A stretch of 64,000 nt of DNA from an uncultured Chloroflexia bacterium. GTDB lineage: Bacteria > Chloroflexota > Limnocylindria > Limnocylindrales > CSP1-4. A model generated the notes under the pieces. It had not been told where the DNA came from, ran no database searches, and saw only the letters and a program-made list of their open reading frames with translations. This document shows, one piece after another, positions 28,220 to 36,949 of this stretch. The stretch covers positions 1,152,001 to 1,216,000 of the forward strand of contig CAVVJT010000010.1 of the NCBI GenBank assembly GCA_963748625.1, read 5' to 3'. Within the stretch, counting starts at the first letter, position 1, and each line of letters opens with the position of its first letter. The translations under genes and the position numbers were made by a program.

Positions 28220-30988
28220 CTACGCCGTGGGCCGGCGGTCCCGGTTGCGCGAGAGCAGGCCGAGCTCGCCGGCACGGCGGACGGCTGCCCTCCGGCTGTT
28301 CACGCCGAGCTTGGCGTAGATGCTCCTGGTGTGCGACCGCACGGTGGCCACGGACACGGTGAGCTGGCCTGCGATTTCCGGGCCGTCGAGATCGCTCTCC
28401 AGGAGGCGCAGGACCTCGAGCTCGCGTTCGCTGAGCGGTTCGATCAGCGACTGCTTGACGGTCGCTCCTCCCTCCACCGTGACGACCGCGGCCAGGAGTC
28501 GGCGCACGTAGCCCGGAGCCATCCGCTCCTTCGCCGCCAGCTTCAGCAGCGCCGCCATGGGCGGCCCTTCGTCGATGAAGACGCGGACGTAGCCCTCCGG
28601 CTCGGCCAGGGCAACCGCGCGCGCCAGCGAGGCGAGCGCACCCGCCGGATCGTCGCTGGCGTGACGGGCGATCGCCTGCACGACGAGGATGTCGATCGCG
28701 CTCCCGCGGCGCCCACCGTCCTCCGCAGCCGCGAGCAGGCGCTCCGTGAGCTCGATCGCCGCACCGACGCCGTCGTCGGCACGGTCTCGCATTCCGTGCG
28801 CCAGGAGCAGCCTCGCCAGCGTGGCGTGCTCGAATTCGTGCAGGTAGCTGAGCTCGTCCGTGGCCGCGACACGACGCGCCTGCGCCCAGCCCCATGCCGC
28901 CGACAGGTTCCCCTGGGCGATCCACACCCTCGCCATCACGGCGGCGACAGGGCGCACATCGGGGGAGAAGTCGCTCGCATACAGGCGCTCGGCCTCCTCG
29001 AGAAGCTCGAGCGCGCCATCAGGATCCCCTTGCGCCTGTCGGATCCGGGCCGCCGCGACACGCGACCTGTACGGGTTCTGCGACAGGCCGCTCTCCTCAC
29101 CCAGTTCCCGGCTCAGCAACAGGTGCTGCGCCGCGGTCTCGAGGTCGTCGCGCTCGCGGAACAGCTCGCTCATGCCTGTGTGCATGTCCGCCGCCCCCCG
29201 CTGCGCGGGCGCGCCATGTCCGGTCGCAAGCCGCAGTCCCCGCTCGTACGTGCGCATCGCATCGCGGAGACGACCCTGGGCGATCTGGATGTCGGCCTGG
29301 GCGATTGCGCCACCGATGACGTCCGAGAGGTGACCGGCCTCCTGCAGGTTCGCCATGCTCTCGGCGTACGAACGGAGCGCTGCCTCGAGATCCCCACGTG
29401 CCCAGGCAGCGAGTCCCAGCAATCCCGCTGCCGCACCACGCCCGAGCTGATCGTCCTCGTCAACGAGGTCGAGCACGTGTTGGGCATGGGTCCTGGTGGC
29501 GGCCACGTCGCCGTGGGCCATGGCCAGGGCCGCACGGTAGAGGGCGATCGAGCCCGGCAGACGGCGAAACGCATCCTGGTCGACGACGACCATCGCAGTC
29601 GCTCGGGCCCGAGGTTCATCGGGTCCGTCGGCCGTCGTATCCAGCCAGTGTTCGGCGTCTCGCAGTCGGGCATCAACGCCCTCGACCCTGCCTCCCTCCA
29701 GGAGTGTCGCGGCATACGCGACGCTCAGCACGGGCCTGACCCGGATCAGCTCGTCGGGAAGTGCCGCAAGCCACCGGCGCGCGGTGGCCGCCTGCTCCTT
29801 CTGGAACGTCGCCGGGATCGCGAGCTCCACCAGGTCCGCCGCCCGTTCGAAATCCTCGCCGGCCAACGCGTGGCGGATCGCCTCAGACCGGTCACCGTGC
29901 TCCTCGTACCACTCGCAAGCCCGCCGGTGCAGCTCCGGCACCCGCCCGGGTTGCTCGTCCAGGAGGCGGGCCCGCAGCACGTCGGCGAAGAGGTGGTGGT
30001 AGCGGTACCACTGGCGCCGGTCGTCGAGCGAGACCAGGAACAGGTTCCCTCGATCGAGCGCCTCCAGCGTGGCCCTGCCTCCGCCCTGGCCGGTGACGGC
30101 GTCGCACAACGGGCCGCTGAGCCGGCTCAGGAGCGACGTCTCCAGCAGGAAGCTCCGGACCCGTTCGGGCAGCCGATGCAGGACCTCTTCGACCAGGTAG
30201 TCGACGATGTACCGGTCGTCCCCGGCGAAGCCCGCGATGAAGCCGGTGACATCGTCGCGCCCCTGCATCGACAACGCCGCCAATTGGAGAGCAGCGATCC
30301 AGCCTTCGGTACGCTGCGCAAGCGCGGCGACGTCTCCCGAAGCGAGATCCAGCCCCATCACCTCGTTGAGGTAGGCGGTGGCCTCGTCCGGCGTGAAGCG
30401 CAGATCGGCGGCGCGGATCTCGACGAGCTCGCCACGCGCCCGTAGACGGGCCAGCGGCAGCGCGGGATCGGCGCGCGTCGTGAGCACCAGGTGGACCTGT
30501 GGGGGCAGGCGCTCCAGCAGGAACGCCATCCCGCCGTTGATGTCGTGCGAGTCGATCACGTGGTAGTCGTCGAGCGCCAGCACGACCTCGTCCGGCACCG
30601 CGTCGAGCTCGTTGAGCAGCGTGGCGAGGATCGTCTCGATCGGCGGTGGCTGAGGCACCTGCAGGAGGGACAGCGCACGTGCGCCGATCCCCGGCACCAC
30701 CGTCTGCAACGCAGCGATCAGGTAGGTCCAGAGGGAATCCGCTTCGTTGTCTCCAGGGTCGAGGGACACCCACGCCACTGACCGTTCACCAGCAGGAGTG
30801 ACTGCCAGCCACTCGGCCAGGAGCGTCGTCTTGCCGAAGCCGGCCGGGGCGGAGATGAGCGTCAGCTTCGACTCGGCCCCCCGGTTCATGCGCTCGATGA
30901 GCCGCGGGCGTACGACCAGGGCGCGTCGCAGCCTGGGCACGTGGAGTTTGGTCTCGAGCAGCGGGCCTGCGTTGTCCGGCGTTGTCAT
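28220..30988 (-). CDS. MalT-like STAND ATPase / LuxR transcriptional regulator
   Basis: LLETKLHVP, APAGFGKTT, LDDYH, TEGWIAALQL, WYRYHHLF and a C-terminal LSERELEVL HTH. Confidence 0.95.
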   Translation of the reverse strand: MTTPDNAGPLLETKLHVPRLRRALVVRPRLIERMNRGAESKLTLISAPAGFGKTTLLAEWLAVTPAGERSVAWVSLDPGDNEADSLWTYLIAALQTVVPGIGARALSLLQVPQPPPIETILATLLNELDAVPDEVVLALDDYHVIDSHDINGGMAFLLERLPPQVHLVLTTRADPALPLARLRARGELVEIRAADLRFTPDEATAYLNEVMGLDLASGDVAALAQRTEGWIAALQLAALSMQGRDDVTGFIAGFAGDDRYIVDYLVEEVLHRLPERVRSFLLETSLLSRLSGPLCDAVTGQGGGRATLEALDRGNLFLVSLDDRRQWYRYHHLFADVLRARLLDEQPGRVPELHRRACEWYEEHGDRSEAIRHALAGEDFERAADLVELAIPATFQKEQAATARRWLAALPDELIRVRPVLSVAYAATLLEGGRVEGVDARLRDAEHWLDTTADGPDEPRARATAMVVVDQDAFRRLPGSIALYRAALAMAHGDVAATRTHAQHVLDLVDEDDQLGRGAAAGLLGLAAWARGDLEAALRSYAESMANLQEAGHLSDVIGGAIAQADIQIAQGRLRDAMRTYERGLRLATGHGAPAQRGAADMHTGMSELFRERDDLETAAQHLLLSRELGEESGLSQNPYRSRVAAARIRQAQGDPDGALELLEEAERLYASDFSPDVRPVAAVMARVWIAQGNLSAAWGWAQARRVAATDELSYLHEFEHATLARLLLAHGMRDRADDGVGAAIELTERLLAAAEDGGRRGSAIDILVVQAIARHASDDPAGALASLARAVALAEPEGYVRVFIDEGPPMAALLKLAAKERMAPGYVRRLLAAVVTVEGGATVKQSLIEPLSERELEVLRLLESDLDGPEIAGQLTVSVATVRSHTRSIYAKLGVNSRRAAVRRAGELGLLSRNRDRRPTA

Positions 30989-31162
30989 GTCTCGTGCTTC
31001 ACGGCAGCGGTTCGTGGATGCGCCGTCTGCCGATGCGATGCGCGCCCACGCATTGTGGGCTTCCTGCGGGTCATCTACGTGGACAACAGGCAACCTTCAG
31101 CACGACCGTGCTCGGGGGTCGGCATGCGCCCGATCATCGGTCAGCCCGACGCTGCCCCAACC

Positions 31163-31223
31163 TTGTTGTTCCTGCGCGTCCAACGCCCTCCGGGCGCGCC
31201 AACCTCATGCGTCGCGACATGAG
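31163..31223 (+). repeat. Cassette-end repeat C with a tRNA-Arg 3' copy and IS481-end remnant
   Basis: TTGTTGTTCCTGCGCGTCCAACG, then CCCTCCGGGCGCGCCA (31186-31201), then TCATGCGTCGCGACATG, which resembles the IS end TCATGAGTCGCGACATG. Confidence 0.85.
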
Positions 31224-31250
31224 CACGACGCCCGTTGCGGTCTTGGGCCC

Positions 31251-32255
31251 TTAGATGTTGAGCCCCACGCCGATCGCGGTTCCCAGCATGATGACCGCGT
31301 CCGCCTCCCCGGCCATCGCCGCGGCCGCGGCATCACCGTCGTTGAGGATCTGGACGGTGACCGGGTAGCCGAGCCGATCCATGAGACGGTCGGCAAGCCG
31401 TCGCGGGAGCGGGACCGTCCCGAGGGACCCGTAGAGTCCCGGCTGCCCGGCGAGCGGCTGCCCGGTCGCAGCCACGTCTGCGGCGATCGCGAGCCCGGCC
31501 GACGACACGCTCAAGCCCTGGACGACGTCGGCGGCCGCGTCGGCGAGGAAGTCGGCGAACGCACCAGCCCGTGGGCCGAGCGGTGGGGCCACCGCCGCCA
31601 TGGTCTCGAGGGTGAGGCATCGCCCACCGTGAACGCTGGCGAGTCCACGCTTGATCCCCGTGAGACCGGCATCGACGAGCACCGCCCGCCCGTCAGGCAG
31701 CCTCGTCGCGGCGCCCCGCAGGGCCAGCGATCCGGGATCGTCGGCCAGCCGGAGCTGAACCTCGCCCGCACCCAGACGGGGCAGCCAGGCGGTCGCGGAC
31801 GCGACCAGTTGTCTGCCGAGCACACCCGATGCGATCCCGCCCCCCAGCACGATCCGGCGCACGGCCGCCCAGCGCTCCCAGTGCTCGGCCGGCCAGTCGG
31901 GGCGTGCCGCGCGCGCATCCTGGGGCCCGAGAACGAGCATCGCGACGAGCCCCGCGAGCGCCACCCCGAGGTCGTCGGCTAGCGCCACGGCCGTGACGTC
32001 ACCCGCTTTGACCATGGCGTCGAGAGCCCTCGGGTACGGCGCCGCGGCGAGAATGACGTCCGACCCAAGCCCGTCGCGCACGGGGGCGAGATCGGTGCCC
32101 GGGAGCCGCTCACGGACCCGCCGGGCGATACCGACGCTCGACAGCCAGTCGAAGGCGCGCGCCCCACGGAGCCCCGCCGGCAGGTCCAGCAGGTCAGGGA
32201 TGCCCACGATGATCGAACGGTTCACGCTCGGCGTGAAGCAGCGCACTTCCGCCAT
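31251..32255 (-). CDS. Divergent ROK/actin-like-fold protein
   Basis: IVLGGGIASG, LVDAGLTGIK, ILNDGDAAA and IMLGTAIGVG. Confidence 0.6.
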   Translation of the reverse strand: MAEVRCFTPSVNRSIIVGIPDLLDLPAGLRGARAFDWLSSVGIARRVRERLPGTDLAPVRDGLGSDVILAAAPYPRALDAMVKAGDVTAVALADDLGVALAGLVAMLVLGPQDARAARPDWPAEHWERWAAVRRIVLGGGIASGVLGRQLVASATAWLPRLGAGEVQLRLADDPGSLALRGAATRLPDGRAVLVDAGLTGIKRGLASVHGGRCLTLETMAAVAPPLGPRAGAFADFLADAAADVVQGLSVSSAGLAIAADVAATGQPLAGQPGLYGSLGTVPLPRRLADRLMDRLGYPVTVQILNDGDAAAAAMAGEADAVIMLGTAIGVGLNI

Positions 32256-32277
32256 CGCTGGAGTATGCGCCGCGGAC

Positions 32278-32307
32278 TTGTCCGGTTCCTGTGCGCCCGA
32301 CGCGCCA
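32278..32307 (+). repeat. Degenerate cassette-end repeat D
   Basis: TTGTCCGGTTCCTGTGCGCCCGACGCGCCA resembles the site C motif with an internal deletion. Confidence 0.4.
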
Positions 32308-32385
32308 CTGCAGCCGGCGAGGTGCTGGGCGCCGAGGTCGGCGATCGGCCCGTCCGCGCTCCCCGCTCAGCGCATCCGCCCAGCC

Positions 32386-32661
32386 TCACGTGTTGTCGCG
32401 GCCGCCCGATCGGGGCGCTGCCGGCGAGGTACGACCCCCAGGCGAGACGATCGGCACCGACGTGATGCCGACGACCTCGTGACCGGCCAGCGCCTCGATG
32501 AACGGCTGGAAGCTGCCGCAGACCAGGCAACGCAGGATCGAGCCCTCGACGGCGACCTCGCTGACTCCCGAGGCGCGCTCGACCTGGCGGGCCGGGGGCG
32601 TGCCCACGAAGCTGACCTCCACGCGGTGGATCCGAGGCTCCTCGAACATGCCCAGCAGCAT
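32386..32661 (-). CDS. Small protein resembling the C-terminal domain of ABC-2 ATP-binding proteins
   Basis: HRVEVSFVG..GVSEVAVEGSILRCLVCGSFQPFIEALAGHEVVGITS. Confidence 0.5.
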   Translation of the reverse strand: MLLGMFEEPRIHRVEVSFVGTPPARQVERASGVSEVAVEGSILRCLVCGSFQPFIEALAGHEVVGITSVPIVSPGGRTSPAAPRSGGRDNT

Positions 32662-32786
32662 GGAGGTACTTCCGGACCTGCGCCATCCATGGAATTCGTG
32701 ACCGGAACGCGGGTCGGCCGGGTCGGGCGAGTCGGCCGGGGATCGCCCCGCCTGGGCGGCACTTCCGGTGGTCTGTCTCGGCTTCG

Positions 32787-35084
32787 CTACTCGCTCGACG
32801 CCATCCAGGCGGCGATGCGTGCGCGCGAGTCGAACCCCAGCTTGTTCATGATGGCGCGGACGTGGCTGTCGACCGTGTGCTCGGAGATGAAGAGGCGGCC
32901 CCCGATCTCCTTGTTGGTCAGCCCGTCGGCGATGAGCCGGGCCACCTCCCCTTCTCTCCTCGAGAGAAGACCGGAGTCGACGCGTTCCGGGACGTCGCCG
33001 GTGGCCTCGATGGATCCACCGAGCGCGAGGCGAACGGCGGCATCCCTGTCGAGGCGACTCCCGACGAGGAAGGCGGCGTCGAACCGGGATCGCCCGAGGG
33101 TCGCGATCGCCGACGACTCGGCCTGCTCCACGAGCGGCGCCAGGAACGGCATGACGCGCGCGCCGGCACCCGCGCCGACGGTGGCCCCTGCCCCGAGGAG
33201 CTGCGCCGCGAGCCGCGCCTGCCCCGATCCCACAGCCAGGCATGCCGATGCCTCGAGCAGGTGGAACTGCGACACCCGGTCGTCGATCAAGTGCGCGATC
33301 GGAAGCGCCTCCGCGAACAGCGGCTTCGCCTCGTCGGGCCTGCCCGCGATCAACGCGGCGATCCCCAGGTTCATGAGCCACGTGTCGAGCGTGTACTGGT
33401 CGCCCGACTCCCGGCTGAGACGTGCGCCCTCCAAGGAGGCGGATGCCACCGCCGCCAGGTCACCCGCGAGGAACCCCTCGAACGCCCGGGCCTGCAGCAC
33501 CGCGATGCGGACCTCGACATTCTCCATGCCCGCCGCCACGTCCTCCGCCTCGTCGCGCAGTCGCCGCGCGGACGGGCGGTCGCCCATCATCTCCGCCGCG
33601 ATCGAGGCCATCGCCAGTGCGTTCACCAGCGGACCCGGACGACCGGCCTCCCGTTGCGCCTGAGCCGCCCGCTCGAGGAGCGGCAGGGCCGTGACCGGGT
33701 CGACCTGAAGCAGGGCGAGGAACCCCCGCATGAAGAGGCCGCCGGCGTGTGACGCCGCGTCGTCCGGCCCAATCGCGAGGAACTCGTCCAGCCAGCGCAC
33801 GCCTTCCGTCATGGAACGCGTGATCCAGTACCAGCCCACGTCGACGGCGAGACCGGTGCCCCGCGCGGCATCCCCGCGCAGCGCGCATCGCCGGAGGACC
33901 CAGCGGATGTTGTCGACCTCCACGTCCATCCATCCGAGCCACGCGACGAGCCGGAACCGGGCCTGCACCGCGTTCCTTCGACCTTCCGAGACGTAGTGGT
34001 CGATGCAGCGCAGCTCGACGGCGTCCTCCTCGCCCGCCGCTCGCGTCTTGAGGCCGGCGAACTCGCGCATCGACTCGTGCAGTCGATAGCACGCGATGCC
34101 CTGAACGTCGTCCCTCAGCACCAGCGACTTGTCGACCAGCGATGACAGCACGTCCAGGACGGTCGCCGGCGGCACGTCGTCGAACGCGCACACCGATCCG
34201 ACGTCGTCGAGGGTGAACCGGCCGGCGAAGGCGGACAGGCGCCGGAAGAGCGCCCGCTCGTCCGGTTTCAGCAGGTCGTGGCTCCACTCGATGGTGGTCC
34301 TCAGGGTCTGGTGGCGCGGGAGGGCCGCGCGACTCCCACCCGTGAGCAAGCCGAACCGATCCGAGAGGCGATCGCTGATCTGCTCGACGGACAGGACCCG
34401 CGTCCGGACCGCCGCCAGCTCGATCGCGAGCGGCAGACCGTCGAGCCGCCGGCAGATCTCCACGACCGCCATCCGGTTGGAGGCAGCCAGCTCGAACCGG
34501 CCCGAGGCCGCCGACGCCCGCTCGGTGAAGAGCTCGACCGACTCATTGAGGCGGAGCTGGTCGAGGGGCTCATCGCCCTGTGCGCGGGGCAGCTCCAACG
34601 GTGGGATCGGGAGGACGTGCTCGCCCGTGACCGACAGCGGCTCCCGGCTTGTGGCGACCACTCGCACGCCCGGGGCAGCCCGGAGGACGTCTGCCACGAG
34701 CAGCGCGGCTGCCTCGAGCAGGTGCTCGCAGTTGTCCACGAGGAGGAGGAGCTTCCGGTCCCGCAGGTGGGAGAGCAGGAGGGCCCGCGGCTCGGTCGCT
34801 GCCTGATCGCGCAGGTCCAGGCCCGCGAGGACCGCGTTGCCGACCAGGTCCGGGTCCCGGACGTCCGCGAGCTCGACCAGCCATGCGCCGTCCGGGAAGG
34901 CGCGGGAAAGATCGGTCCCGATCCGGATCGCGAGGCGGGTCTTGCCGACGCCGCCTGGGCCGACGAGGGTGACCAGGCGATCCGTGGCGAGCTTCTTCCG
35001 GAGCTCCGCGAGCTCGCGGCGGCGGCCGACGAAGCTGGTCGCCTCGGCCGGCAGGTTGCCCCGGCGACGGGTGGGTCTGGCCAT
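32787..35084 (-). CDS. Predicted ATPase (NB-ARC-like) + TPR + LuxR HTH regulator
   Basis: GNLPAEATSFVGR, GPGGVGKTRLA, DNCEH, LDGLPLAIELAA and LSRREGEVARLIADGLTNKEI. Confidence 0.95.
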   Translation of the reverse strand: MARPTRRRGNLPAEATSFVGRRRELAELRKKLATDRLVTLVGPGGVGKTRLAIRIGTDLSRAFPDGAWLVELADVRDPDLVGNAVLAGLDLRDQAATEPRALLLSHLRDRKLLLLVDNCEHLLEAAALLVADVLRAAPGVRVVATSREPLSVTGEHVLPIPPLELPRAQGDEPLDQLRLNESVELFTERASAASGRFELAASNRMAVVEICRRLDGLPLAIELAAVRTRVLSVEQISDRLSDRFGLLTGGSRAALPRHQTLRTTIEWSHDLLKPDERALFRRLSAFAGRFTLDDVGSVCAFDDVPPATVLDVLSSLVDKSLVLRDDVQGIACYRLHESMREFAGLKTRAAGEEDAVELRCIDHYVSEGRRNAVQARFRLVAWLGWMDVEVDNIRWVLRRCALRGDAARGTGLAVDVGWYWITRSMTEGVRWLDEFLAIGPDDAASHAGGLFMRGFLALLQVDPVTALPLLERAAQAQREAGRPGPLVNALAMASIAAEMMGDRPSARRLRDEAEDVAAGMENVEVRIAVLQARAFEGFLAGDLAAVASASLEGARLSRESGDQYTLDTWLMNLGIAALIAGRPDEAKPLFAEALPIAHLIDDRVSQFHLLEASACLAVGSGQARLAAQLLGAGATVGAGAGARVMPFLAPLVEQAESSAIATLGRSRFDAAFLVGSRLDRDAAVRLALGGSIEATGDVPERVDSGLLSRREGEVARLIADGLTNKEIGGRLFISEHTVDSHVRAIMNKLGFDSRARIAAWMASSE

Positions 35085-35258
35085 GGTGCACCCCACGTTA
35101 CTCCGGCCGTCGGCGGCCCGGGGCCGCGTCTGTCGTTGCCGGTGGCCGGCTCGCTCATGACCGAATCACGAAACCCATCGATGCCGTCGTACGCCGCCGC
35201 GCCCCAGGCTGGCGTCACCAACGCGGGCACAGGGTCCGCGTGATCGAAGGAGGAAGAC

Positions 35259-35984
35259 ATGAACGACCTCAGGGCCGCGCGGCTCACAGGCGTGCTGTTC
35301 ATCATCGCGACGGTGGTGAACCTGCTCGGCGCGGCGGTCCGGCCAAGCCTGACCGGCACCGACTACCTCGTCAGGTTTTCAGCGGATCCGGACCGGGTCG
35401 CGGCCAGCTCGCTGTTGCTGCTCATCGCGGCGTTCGCGTGCGCGGGGATCGCCGTCGCGATGTACCCGGTCGTCAAGCGGACGGACACGGGCCTCGCACT
35501 CGGATCGGTCGTCTTCCGGACGCTGGAGGCGGTCATGTACATGGTGGCCGTAGTGAGCCTGCTGTCCCTGTCGACACTGGGCCAGGCCTCCATCGCGGCA
35601 GGAGCCGCCGACCAGACAGCGCTGGGCGCCATCGGCGGCCTGCTCCTGAGCCTGCGTGAACACGCCACCATGGCCGGAGTATTCGCCTTCTGCCTCGGCG
35701 CGTTCCTGTACTACACCGCCTTCTTCCGGTCGCGGCTCATTCCCAGGTGGCTCTCCGGCTGGGGGATCGTGGCGATCGGCATGCTGGCTGCCGCGAACGT
35801 GCTGGCGCTGTTCGCCGGTCGCTCCGTGACGGACTACCTGCCCATGGCGCTGCCGATCTTCCTGCAGGAGATGGTCCTGGCGGTCTGGTTGATCGCCAAG
35901 GGGTTCAGCCCGGTCCACGCCGCTGCGCCTGAGGCCGACGTCGCGGTCGGCCGGACGGCCGGCACGCTCGCAGCCGCGAGGTGA
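35259..35984 (+). CDS. DUF4386 membrane protein
   Basis: Paralog of 26976-27680 (SRLIPRWLSGWG, QEMVLAVWLIAKGF). AGGAGG RBS. Confidence 0.85.
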   Translation: MNDLRAARLTGVLFIIATVVNLLGAAVRPSLTGTDYLVRFSADPDRVAASSLLLLIAAFACAGIAVAMYPVVKRTDTGLALGSVVFRTLEAVMYMVAVVSLLSLSTLGQASIAAGAADQTALGAIGGLLLSLREHATMAGVFAFCLGAFLYYTAFFRSRLIPRWLSGWGIVAIGMLAAANVLALFAGRSVTDYLPMALPIFLQEMVLAVWLIAKGFSPVHAAAPEADVAVGRTAGTLAAAR

Positions 35985-35989
35985 CCCAC

Positions 35990-36916
35990 ATGAAAGCAGC
36001 CGTGTGCGAACGCTACGGGCCCCCGGAGGTCCTCCGCATTGAAGAGGTCGAGGCGCCGGTTCCGGCGCACGACGAGATGCTCGTACGGATCCATGCGTCG
36101 ACGGTCAACTCGAGCGACTGGTACGTCCGGAGCGGCGTCCCGATGTCGCCCCTCGCGGTCCAGATCCCGTTCCGGTTCCTCGTGGGCTTCCGACGCCCGC
36201 GGCGGCGGATCATCGGCCTGATCCTCTCGGGTGAGGTTGTCGAGGCCGGGAGGAGCATCACGCGGTTCCGTCAGGGCGACCGCGTGTGGGCGTTCACCAA
36301 GCTCCGCTTCGGGGCGTACGCCGAGTACACGTGTCTGAAGGAGGCCAGCAGCGTTGCGATCGCGCCGGCCGGCATCACGTACGACGAGGCCGCCGCGATC
36401 GCCTACGGGGGAATGATGGCCCTGCACTACCTGCGGCGGGGTGGCGACCTACGCGGGCAGCGCGTGCTGGTCTACGGCGCCTCGGGGGCGGTCGGGACGG
36501 CGGCCGTCCAGCTCGCGCGCCACGCGGGCGCCCGGGTGACCGGCGTCTGCGGCCCAGACAACGTAGAGCTGGTGGCCTCCCTGGGCGCCGTCGCTGTGCT
36601 CGACTACACGACCGCGGAGGCGCCGCCGGACGGGGCGGTGTACGACTTCGTCCTCGACGCGGTCGGGAAGCGACGGAGCTCGCCGCTGAAGGTCGCGTGC
36701 CGGCAGGCCGTGGCACCGGGAGGTGCGTACGTCTCGGTGGACGATGGGACCCCCGCCTTCGCGGCGGCCGATCTCGCCATCCTGGCGGAGCTCGTGGAGT
36801 CGGGGGCGATCAGGGCGGTCATCGACCGGGTCTACCCGCTGGAACGGATCGCGGAGGCCCACCGATACGTCGAGACGGACCACAAGCGTGGCAACGTCGT
36901 CATCACCGTCGCCTGA
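35990..36916 (+). CDS. NAD(P)-dependent MDR oxidoreductase (quinone reductase-like)
   Basis: YGPPEVL, GAYAEY, VLVYGASGAVGTAAVQLA and HKRGNVVI. Confidence 0.92.
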   Translation: MKAAVCERYGPPEVLRIEEVEAPVPAHDEMLVRIHASTVNSSDWYVRSGVPMSPLAVQIPFRFLVGFRRPRRRIIGLILSGEVVEAGRSITRFRQGDRVWAFTKLRFGAYAEYTCLKEASSVAIAPAGITYDEAAAIAYGGMMALHYLRRGGDLRGQRVLVYGASGAVGTAAVQLARHAGARVTGVCGPDNVELVASLGAVAVLDYTTAEAPPDGAVYDFVLDAVGKRRSSPLKVACRQAVAPGGAYVSVDDGTPAFAAADLAILAELVESGAIRAVIDRVYPLERIAEAHRYVETDHKRGNVVITVA

Positions 36917-36949
36917 CGCGGGCACCGGCGTCGCGAGGCCCGGCGGGCG

